The notes beneath the pieces were generated by a model. The model was not told where the DNA came from. It saw only the letters and a program-made list of their open reading frames with translations, and searched no databases. Positions 56,653-64,000 of a stretch of 64,000 nt of DNA are shown piece by piece. The position numbers and the translations under genes were made by a program. Source of the DNA: Candidatus Algichlamydia australiensis. GTDB taxonomy: Bacteria > Chlamydiota > Chlamydiia > Chlamydiales > JAJFMI01. How positions within the stretch are numbered: position 1 is the stretch's first letter; each line of letters begins with the position of its first letter. Location: assembly GCA_033977065.1 (NCBI GenBank), contig JAXCHI010000004.1, positions 320,001 to 384,000 of the forward strand. Reading direction: 5' to 3'.

Positions 56653-59454
56653 ATGAAAAAAATGGCAATTATTGGGCTGTTTTCTCTCTTTGCGATAGGA
56701 AATATCCAAGGAGAAAACAGAGAGGATCTACGCGGGTTGCGTGGTGACACTGAGAGAGTGGAGGTCGAAGAGCAAAACGAGCACTTCTTCCTTCTCGAAG
56801 ATGATGCGATCATCGAGTATGATATTTTTGCTCTTGCTAAGGGAGAAACTCTCTCGTTTAAGCAGAAGAGCCAAGATTCCTGGGGGCTTGTGCGTTTTAC
56901 GTCGAAGGAGCCTGTAAAGATTTCTGGGAAGGTTGTAGCAAATGGAAATCTGCTTCTCTGCTGCCCTGCAGGTTTTGTGATTGATGGAACAATGAAGAGC
57001 GCGGGTATGATTCTTACAGCAAAGGAGATCACAGATAGGAGTTTTCTTTCTGATGATGCATGGCAATTTGCTGAATCAGGTGGAGACATTTATGTCAGCG
57101 GAACAATTGAGGTAACAGATAGTGATCTCTATCTATTTGCTGATAAAATCACAAACATTGGTGACTGGGCAGGTCCTGATAAAATGTGGGCAGCAACGCA
57201 TAAAAAAATCACCCTCTTCCCTAATCAAGGGGTTGGAGAGGCTTTGGGCTCTGTCCATAACAATGGTCAAATAAGAGCAAACTCAATCAAGATAGATTCT
57301 AAAGAGGTTGTCAACACAGGGGTTGTTGCTGCGCTCGGACTTGAAGGAAGTGTTGAGATGTTTGCTAAAAACGGTGAGCTCATTCAAGAGGGTGTAGTTA
57401 AAGCTCGCTGCGGTGATCATGGAGGAAATGTTGTCATCTGTGGACATGAAGTGACTTTTACAGCGGACTCAATGGTCGATGTGAGCGGAGATCTAGGAGG
57501 TGGTCACGTTTCTGTTCAGGGAGATAAATGCTTTCTTGCTTCAGACGCTACAGGATTTACTTTAGTTGAAGGTGGCGAGGTGGTCTATCGGGGGCCAGCC
57601 CCAACGTCTGAAGAAGAGATGCGCGAAATGCTTGAAAGAAGAAGAAGCAATGTAGGTGTTTTACAGCCACTTTTTAATGCAGATGCTCTTATTGAAGGAG
57701 ATGGGGGATCTATTTCTATTCATTCCAATCATGAGCAAATGTTTGGGGCACAAATTCTTGCAAGAGGAGCCGGTAGTAGAGGAAATGGGGGGATTGCAGA
57801 AATTTGCTCTAAGGGTTCTCTAAGTTATACTGGTTCGGTGGACATGATGGCACCAGAAGGGAGGTCGGGTCATCTTCTTCTCGATCCTAAGTATGTAACA
57901 ATTGGAGTACTGGGTAATGATCCCGCAACAGGAAACTCTTTCGCTTCGGATGCTTCAGGAACAGTCACAATTTCAGGAGCAGATCTTGAAGCGGCTCTCA
58001 ACTCGGCTTCTGTAACAATCCAGGCAAATACAGATATCACTTTTGGAGACACGGTTGTTGCGACTACAAGCGGAAACGGACTTACCTTACAAGCTGGTCG
58101 TTCGATCTATTTCACTAGTGGGGGAGACTTAACTCTAAATAATGCGCCTTTTTTAGCGACAATTAACGATGCAGCGGCAGTTGCAGCGGATCGTGAACCG
58201 GGAGACGCTGTTTTCCAAATGTATGATGGTACAAGGATTTTTACTCAAGGTGGAGATATTACTGTCAGCCTAAGTAATTTTACGGGAAACTTTGAAGGAA
58301 GAGTTATTCTTGGGCAGGCAATTGTAGAGGCCGTTGGGGGTACGATTACAATGACGGGTACAGGATTTCCTGGTCTTTCAAACCAAAGCGGTATCCGTTT
58401 ATCTAATACTATAGTTTCTACAGTAGGCGATATTAACCTATTAGGAACAGGCGGTGCAGGTGTAGACAATAACATTGGTATCTATGCTACTGGAAGAGAG
58501 GCTCATATTTTGGGGGGGGCCGGTTTAATTACGATGAATGGAACAGGGGGCAACTCAACGGGAAGCAGTAACCAAGGAGTTCGTTTAGAAAGTGGAGCCT
58601 CAGTTCGAACGACAAGCGGTAGTATCAATATAAATGGGAATGCAGGTGGGGGTACAGACTGGAATATGGGTGTTATTCTTTCTGGGACGGGCTCAAAAGT
58701 AACATCTACAGATGGGGATATCGATTTGACGGGGGTTGCTTCAGGTACAGGGCAGATGAATCAAGGGGTTCGTCTTGAAATTGGTTCATTTGTAACGTCA
58801 ACAGGAACCGGATCAAATGCAGGGATAATTAACATTGATGGAACAGCTGCACCAGGTCTTGCTAACTGTACAGGAGTCTGCGTTTCTGGAGATGGGTCTC
58901 TTATTAGTTCTGTAAAAGGTAACATTTCTGTAACGGGGGTTGGTGATAGTGATGGTACAAATATTTGCGATCAGGGTGTTCGTTTAGAAGCGCGCGGAAA
59001 AATTGTTTCTACAGGTTTAGGAACAGATGCGGCAACAATAACGGTTATAGGGAATGGTGGTGCTGGAACGGACCATAACGATGGAGTGATTCTTTCTGGT
59101 GGTGGTTCAGTAATTACATCTGTTGATGGAGATATTAGTGTTACAGGAATAGGAGCTGGTACCGGCAGTCAAAACCAAGGAATTCGTTGCGAAAGCAAGG
59201 GAAGTATTCTTTCTACTGGTACTGGTGTAAACGCCTCAAATATTAATTGCATAGGCACGGGTGCAAATGGCACTAGTATGAATAATGGAGTACTTCTTAT
59301 TGGAGTAGGTTCCATGATTGACGCAGTTGATGGTGATATTGGTGTAACAGGGACGGCTCAAGGAGGAGGACCTACAGAAGGTGTTTCAGAGCAGGGGGGA
59401 ACCATAAACTCTGCAAATGGAACCGTTTCGATTACAAGCAACGATGTACCTTAA
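56653..59454 (+). CDS. Filamentous-haemagglutinin-like secreted beta-helix protein
   Basis: AGGAGG RBS, signal peptide, a degenerate TPS-like region, G.GG.AEI and LLLDP motifs, and Gly/Thr-rich repeats. Confidence 0.8.
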   Translation: MKKMAIIGLFSLFAIGNIQGENREDLRGLRGDTERVEVEEQNEHFFLLEDDAIIEYDIFALAKGETLSFKQKSQDSWGLVRFTSKEPVKISGKVVANGNLLLCCPAGFVIDGTMKSAGMILTAKEITDRSFLSDDAWQFAESGGDIYVSGTIEVTDSDLYLFADKITNIGDWAGPDKMWAATHKKITLFPNQGVGEALGSVHNNGQIRANSIKIDSKEVVNTGVVAALGLEGSVEMFAKNGELIQEGVVKARCGDHGGNVVICGHEVTFTADSMVDVSGDLGGGHVSVQGDKCFLASDATGFTLVEGGEVVYRGPAPTSEEEMREMLERRRSNVGVLQPLFNADALIEGDGGSISIHSNHEQMFGAQILARGAGSRGNGGIAEICSKGSLSYTGSVDMMAPEGRSGHLLLDPKYVTIGVLGNDPATGNSFASDASGTVTISGADLEAALNSASVTIQANTDITFGDTVVATTSGNGLTLQAGRSIYFTSGGDLTLNNAPFLATINDAAAVAADREPGDAVFQMYDGTRIFTQGGDITVSLSNFTGNFEGRVILGQAIVEAVGGTITMTGTGFPGLSNQSGIRLSNTIVSTVGDINLLGTGGAGVDNNIGIYATGREAHILGGAGLITMNGTGGNSTGSSNQGVRLESGASVRTTSGSININGNAGGGTDWNMGVILSGTGSKVTSTDGDIDLTGVASGTGQMNQGVRLEIGSFVTSTGTGSNAGIINIDGTAAPGLANCTGVCVSGDGSLISSVKGNISVTGVGDSDGTNICDQGVRLEARGKIVSTGLGTDAATITVIGNGGAGTDHNDGVILSGGGSVITSVDGDISVTGIGAGTGSQNQGIRCESKGSILSTGTGVNASNINCIGTGANGTSMNNGVLLIGVGSMIDAVDGDIGVTGTAQGGGPTEGVSEQGGTINSANGTVSITSNDVP

Positions 59455-60037
59455 GAACATCGTAGAGGGGCTGAAACCCGGTAAAATGGTGACCATTTAT
59501 ACCGGCTCTTTGAGCCCCTTCAATATTCTCTTTTAAATCATCAATAAAAAGACATTTTTCAGGGCTTGACGAGGCTCTCTTAAGCGCGTGCGCATATATT
59601 TTAGGATCTGGTTTTAAGACACCGACTTCGTAGGATAGTACAAGTTCATCAAAGTGGTGAATAAAATTAAAATAGTCGCGATTAAAGTGAAAATGAATCT
59701 CGTTTGTATTAGAAAGGGCAATAAGTTCAATATCTTTCTTTTTAAGTTCGACTAATAGGGAGACAAGCTCCTCTCTTGGATAAGAATTTTCGTGACTCAT
59801 ATGGTGTTTAAGTTCAGCAATCTCAAGATTGCGATTTGATAAGTGGCTTAGGTGTTGGCAGAGTTCATTAGTCGTTACTTTACCAGATTCATAGAGATCT
59901 AAAAGTTTTTCTTTGAAAAAAAGTTGTTGGATTCGCTCCTGACCAAGCCCTGTAAGAGTTCCTAAGTTTGCGCACATTTTTTCAGGGAAAATTTCAAGAA
60001 CTACATTACCGAGATCAAAGAAGATTGTCGTATACAT
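59432..60037 (-). CDS. HAD-family phosphatase (YihX-like)
   Basis: FDLGNV, LSNTN, KPDPKIY and FIDD motifs. Confidence 0.92.
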   Translation of the reverse strand: MYTTIFFDLGNVVLEIFPEKMCANLGTLTGLGQERIQQLFFKEKLLDLYESGKVTTNELCQHLSHLSNRNLEIAELKHHMSHENSYPREELVSLLVELKKKDIELIALSNTNEIHFHFNRDYFNFIHHFDELVLSYEVGVLKPDPKIYAHALKRASSSPEKCLFIDDLKENIEGAQRAGINGHHFTGFQPLYDVLKVHRCL

Positions 60038-60878
60038 AAGTTTCCTCATATTGGTTTTGAACATTTTTTATAAATTCTTTTAATTCCTTTGGATTGTCGT
60101 AGAGCATAGCAGCTGTAGCAATTGCGTCAGCAAGAGCGCAACTCTTTGCCTGTACTGTGACGCTGCGGATTGTCTTTTTGCACCGCAACATTGCCTCTGT
60201 TTTGGGGTTGTAAATATGTGTTTGATTCCCCCAGCGCTGAACGCTATCCCCACTTGTTGCAAGAGAAGAATCTGTAATTTCAATAAGTTGTGATCCTGAA
60301 GCAATTTTCCAAGGGCGGTTAGTAGGGTGTTGTCCCACACAGCGAATTTCTCCGCCCCACTCAACATAAAGAGAGGTATACCCAAGCTTTTTTAATTTTT
60401 TTGCTATGCGGTCGACGGCAAAACCTTTAAGTATCCCATCAAAATCAAAGTAGTTTGCCGTGTGTGCAGCGGTCAGCTCACTTTCGCTTGGAGTTGTTTC
60501 TACATTAAGATGATTCTTCCAAAGCTGAATAAGGGCTCCTTTTGAGGGATCAAATCTTCCGCCAGAGAGCTTTTGGATCCTGTTTGAGATCGCAAGGAGC
60601 TTTTCTACTTCTTTGGGGAGAGTTTTGAGAGTTCCTTTGTTGTACTGTGAGAGAGAAGATTTTGGGTTCCAGTGATTACATGTGCTATCAATTTTGGAAA
60701 ATTCCCTAGCAATGATCTGCTCTACGCGCTTTTTTTTCCACGTATTCAAGGGCTCTCCAACCTTCACTTGGTAGGGAATCGTCATTGCCATCCCTGTGAA
60801 TGTAGAGATCTTCTCTCCCTTTTCACACGCCGTAAAAAGAAAAATTAGAGCGAGTGCCGTCTTTTGAAACTTAGCCAT
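60015..60878 (-). CDS. apbE: FAD:protein FMN transferase (lipoprotein)
   Basis: Lipobox FTAC; DGILKGFAVD, ATSG and ADAIATA motifs. Confidence 0.9.
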   Translation of the reverse strand: MAKFQKTALALIFLFTACEKGEKISTFTGMAMTIPYQVKVGEPLNTWKKKRVEQIIAREFSKIDSTCNHWNPKSSLSQYNKGTLKTLPKEVEKLLAISNRIQKLSGGRFDPSKGALIQLWKNHLNVETTPSESELTAAHTANYFDFDGILKGFAVDRIAKKLKKLGYTSLYVEWGGEIRCVGQHPTNRPWKIASGSQLIEITDSSLATSGDSVQRWGNQTHIYNPKTEAMLRCKKTIRSVTVQAKSCALADAIATAAMLYDNPKELKEFIKNVQNQYEETYVYDNLL

Positions 60879-61714
60879 GTGTTTTTTAGTAACATTGCGA
60901 TCGTCATGGGACCAACACCACCAGGAACAGGTGAGATCGCAGAAGCGACTTTTGCTACCTGATCATAGTCCACATCACCAATCAGTTTTTGATCTTTTGT
61001 GCGGTTGATACCTACGTCAACCACGACAGCTCCCGGCTTTACCATGTTAGCGGAAATTGCCTTAGGTTTTCCCAGCGCTGCGACAAGGATGTCTGCTCGC
61101 TTGCAAACCTCAGCGAGGTTTTTTGTGCGGCTGTGAGCAACAGTGACCGTTGCATCGCGCCCCTTTTGCATTAAAAGGGCTGCCAAGGGCTTTCCTACAA
61201 TGTTGCTCCGTCCCACGATAACGACCTCTTTTCCACTCGTAGAGATCTTGTTGCGCTCAAGTAGTGTCACAATTCCGAGGGGGGTGCAAGAGATCAAACC
61301 GCTCTCATCACCCAATAAAAGTTTTCCTATGTTTTGGGGGTGAAAGCCATCAACATCTTTGTAAATATCAACAGCTCGAATAACTCGTGTGGAGCAGATG
61401 TGGGCAGGTAGAGGCTGTTGCACAATAATCCCATCTATTTCAGCTTCTCCATTTAGCTCCTCGACTTTTGCGAGCAGCTCTCCTTCGGAGATTTTCTCAC
61501 CTAAACGGCAATCAAAAGAGGCGATTCCTACTTTTTCACAAGCAAGAATTTTTCTTTTTATATAAGCCTCAGACGCCGGATTTTTCCCGACAAGAACAAA
61601 AGCGAGACCTGGCCTCACATTGTGAGAGGCAATTTCTCTCTTAATCTCATCTAATATTTGATCTGCAACGATCTTGCCGCTAAGAGTCTTCATAGGTTGT
61701 TTTAAAGTGTTCAA
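60845..61714 (-). CDS. folD: Methylenetetrahydrofolate dehydrogenase/cyclohydrolase
   Basis: KDVDGFHP, GRSNIVGKP and PVPGGVGPMT motifs. Confidence 0.97.
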   Translation of the reverse strand: MNTLKQPMKTLSGKIVADQILDEIKREIASHNVRPGLAFVLVGKNPASEAYIKRKILACEKVGIASFDCRLGEKISEGELLAKVEELNGEAEIDGIIVQQPLPAHICSTRVIRAVDIYKDVDGFHPQNIGKLLLGDESGLISCTPLGIVTLLERNKISTSGKEVVIVGRSNIVGKPLAALLMQKGRDATVTVAHSRTKNLAEVCKRADILVAALGKPKAISANMVKPGAVVVDVGINRTKDQKLIGDVDYDQVAKVASAISPVPGGVGPMTIAMLLKNTWLSFKRRHSL

Positions 61715-62507
61715 TTAGTTGGTTGTGAACTCTACCATTACTCGCTAAAATAGGGCCCTCTATAATTTCTTCGTAGCGCTTTCCCAAAAAGTCTGTTACG
61801 ACCCCGCCCGCTTCTTCAATGAGAAGCATACCGGCAGCATAGTCCCAAGGCCTTAGTGAGACCTCCCAAAAGCAATCAACACGTCCAGCTGCCATATAGG
61901 CTAAGTCAATAGCAGCAGAACCAATTCTGCGCAGAGGAATTCCGAGCTTTGCCATGTAAGTAAAATGGTCAATACAGTGAAGAGGGTTTTCATACGTATT
62001 GTAGGGGAACCCTGTTGCTGCAATGCAGTCAGACAGAGTCTCTGTCTCTGTCACTTTTAACTTCGATCCATTGAGATAGGCGCCATTACCCTTTTCAGCT
62101 GTAAATAGCTCTCCAACCATAGGGTTATAAATCGCAGCGCTTAACACACTGCCCTCAAAGACTGCAGCAATGCTCACTGCAAATATAGGAATGTTATGGG
62201 CAAAATTGACTGTACCATCGAGTGGATCGATTACCCAAGTAATCACATCTTTGCGACTTCCACTTAAGCCGCCCTCTTCTGCAAGGAAGTTGTGCTCAGG
62301 AAAAGTCTTGCGAATGAACGCAACGATGAGCTCTTCTGCTAGCATATCGTATTCAGTGACAAGATTGTGCTTTCCCGACTTGGAAGAGATCTCAAAGCTA
62401 GAGCCAAAACCCTTTTTTAAAATTTCTCCTGCACGCAAGGCCGCCAAAGTAGCAACATTAGAGAGGCGTGAAACTAAGGATCCAGGAATATTTAACGGTG
62501 TTTCCAT
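61680..62507 (-). CDS. suhB: Inositol monophosphatase
   Basis: WVIDPLDGTVNF and WDYAAG motifs. Confidence 0.93.
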   Translation of the reverse strand: METPLNIPGSLVSRLSNVATLAALRAGEILKKGFGSSFEISSKSGKHNLVTEYDMLAEELIVAFIRKTFPEHNFLAEEGGLSGSRKDVITWVIDPLDGTVNFAHNIPIFAVSIAAVFEGSVLSAAIYNPMVGELFTAEKGNGAYLNGSKLKVTETETLSDCIAATGFPYNTYENPLHCIDHFTYMAKLGIPLRRIGSAAIDLAYMAAGRVDCFWEVSLRPWDYAAGMLLIEEAGGVVTDFLGKRYEEIIEGPILASNGRVHNQLIEHFKTTYEDS

Positions 62508-62998
62508 CTTAAAAAGTATTTATCAAAATTCTGTGCAAGGTATAGAGGCCCCGTGAAAAAGATCAGCGCATAGAACCCATCTACTATAGACATGATCATA
62601 CACTCTGAACAGATTCCTTTCCAATCGAATGGAGGGAGGGATGCAAAGATTGCGAGGCTGATAATTTCAAAAACTGTTTTTGCAATTGAAAAAAGTGCTG
62701 TATAAAGAGCGAGACCCCAAAGTTTATCTGCAAAAAAACTGTGACGTTGTGAGTGCACAACCCACGTAGCAAAAAGAGAGGAAAGAGAGTAAAAGCCAAA
62801 ATGTGTATCACTACTCAAGAGATCAAGGAGCGCTCCTGCTAAAAGGGAACTCCGGTAAACTTTTGGAACGGGGGCTGAAAGAGCTGTTAGCGCAAGCAGG
62901 GGAGCGATATAAGTAATTTTTAGTTTAGGAAAAAGGTGCGGCAGGAAAAGAAGAACTAGTAGAGTCATTCCGAGCGGCAAATATTTCCTTAGCATCAA
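62492..62998 (-). CDS. MreD-like membrane protein
   Basis: Multi-TM, with a GALLDLLS..HFG pattern. Confidence 0.6.
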   Translation of the reverse strand: MMLRKYLPLGMTLLVLLFLPHLFPKLKITYIAPLLALTALSAPVPKVYRSSLLAGALLDLLSSDTHFGFYSLSSLFATWVVHSQRHSFFADKLWGLALYTALFSIAKTVFEIISLAIFASLPPFDWKGICSECMIMSIVDGFYALIFFTGPLYLAQNFDKYFLRWKHR

Positions 62999-63618
62999 TA
63001 GGCACCTCTAGCTGAGAGCATAACAGGAATTGTTTTTGCAACAAGAGCAAGATCGAATAGAAAGGAGCGTCTACGAACGTAGCAGAGCTCTAAAGAGCGC
63101 CGCCTTTTTATGGTTACGCAACTTCTTCCAGAAGTCTGCCAGAGCCCTGTAATTCCCGGCTTTACTGAGAGGATCTCATCGCTTGAATCGCCTAAAACCT
63201 CTTTTACTTCCTCGTTTGATTTTCTAACAGAAAGAGGTCGAGGTCCAACGACACTAATTTCACCTCGGAGGCTATTGATAAATTGGGGCAGCTCATCAAG
63301 TGAAGTTTTGCGCAAAAAACGTCCGAGGGGAGTTACACGAGGGTCGATCTTAAATTTGCGATAGCGCTCCCACTCTCTCTTTTTTTGCGGATCTTGCAAA
63401 AGCTCCTCAAGGCGCTCTTCAGCATCGACATACATTGTACGAAATTTAAAGCATAAAAAGGGCTTGTAGTTGCGCCCTAATCGAGAGCTTTTAAAAAAAA
63501 CAGGGCCATTTGATGAAACCTTAATTGCTAAACCTATAAAGAGAAAAAGAGGCGCTCCGAAAAGGAGAACGGCTAAGCTAAAAAGAGAGTCAAAAATCCG
63601 TTTATTTACTCTGTACAT
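62995..63618 (-). CDS. Bacterial sugar (phosphoglycosyl) transferase
   Basis: [22 protein letters not shown] and KPGITGLWQ motifs. Confidence 0.93.
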   Translation of the reverse strand: MYRVNKRIFDSLFSLAVLLFGAPLFLFIGLAIKVSSNGPVFFKSSRLGRNYKPFLCFKFRTMYVDAEERLEELLQDPQKKREWERYRKFKIDPRVTPLGRFLRKTSLDELPQFINSLRGEISVVGPRPLSVRKSNEEVKEVLGDSSDEILSVKPGITGLWQTSGRSCVTIKRRRSLELCYVRRRSFLFDLALVAKTIPVMLSARGAY

Positions 63619-64000
63619 ATTGAGGAATTTTAAGAACTTGTTGAATATTTTTGAGTGGGGAGATTTTTGTAATAAAATCCTTTAACTCCTCATGCATTTG
63701 GTAAGAGGTAGCGTCACCATCTTCTAAATCATCAAACCACTGGTAGAGTAGCCCATACTGCTCTCCCAAGAGATGAAATTTTTTCTGCGGCTCTCCTGCT
63801 AAAACAGCTGCAAACGAAAAGGCACAAGCAAAAAGAGCGCCAGTTTTTAAGCGATTGCAGTTAAGCCAGTCGGTTCCGCCCTGCAAATCGATCATCTGGC
63901 CCTCAACAAGCCCCCTTGCTCCAGAGGCTTCGCTTAAAATCTGTATGAGCAAAATCTTTTTTTCAGCTGGCAGTTTGCACTTTGCAAGAATTTCAAAGGC
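63602..64000 (-). CDS. Polyprenyl synthetase (IspA-like), 3' part, truncated by the window edge
   Basis: GLVEGQMIDL, KTGALF and QWFDD motifs. Confidence 0.85.
   Translation of the reverse strand, partial: AFEILAKCKLPAEKKILLIQILSEASGARGLVEGQMIDLQGGTDWLNCNRLKTGALFACAFSFAAVLAGEPQKKFHLLGEQYGLLYQWFDDLEDGDATSYQMHEELKDFITKISPLKNIQQVLKIPQYVQSK

Noticed and set aside
2164..63685. Numerous short antisense or overlapping ORFs in the track
   Set aside because: They are shadows of well-supported genes and carry no recognisable motifs.

Overview
This window is a fragment of an environmental Chlamydiota chromosome. The assignment rests on the double-length UvrA and the chlamydial gene orders htrB-cdaR-cdaA-cydAB, dxs-xseB-xseA-tpiA-secG and apbE-folD. 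The housekeeping backbone is interrupted by four kinds of material. (i) Tandem arrays of lineage-specific, effector-like genes: a paralog pair, three TM+LRR genes, three TM+PsbP-like genes, and an ankyrin protein ending in a CaaX box. (ii) Toxin-antitoxin or defence-type genes: Phd-VapC, AbiEi/AbiEii, Fic and AAA+PD-(D/E)XK. (iii) At least five families of transposase-less miniature inverted-repeat elements (MITEs), several with readable target-site duplications. One splits the AbiEii toxin in frame and may supply a restart signal, one is a stop-free 180-nt insert in frame with lptD, and one sits against the pyk start codon. (iv) Features absent from, or only partly captured by, the ORF track: SRP RNA, a 56-aa NqrM-like Cys-rich membrane protein and a frameshifted SDR pseudogene. 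A twin-CX3C peptide gene is also present. No tRNA, rRNA, CRISPR array or transposase was seen. All product calls come from motif recognition and synteny; no database searches were run.
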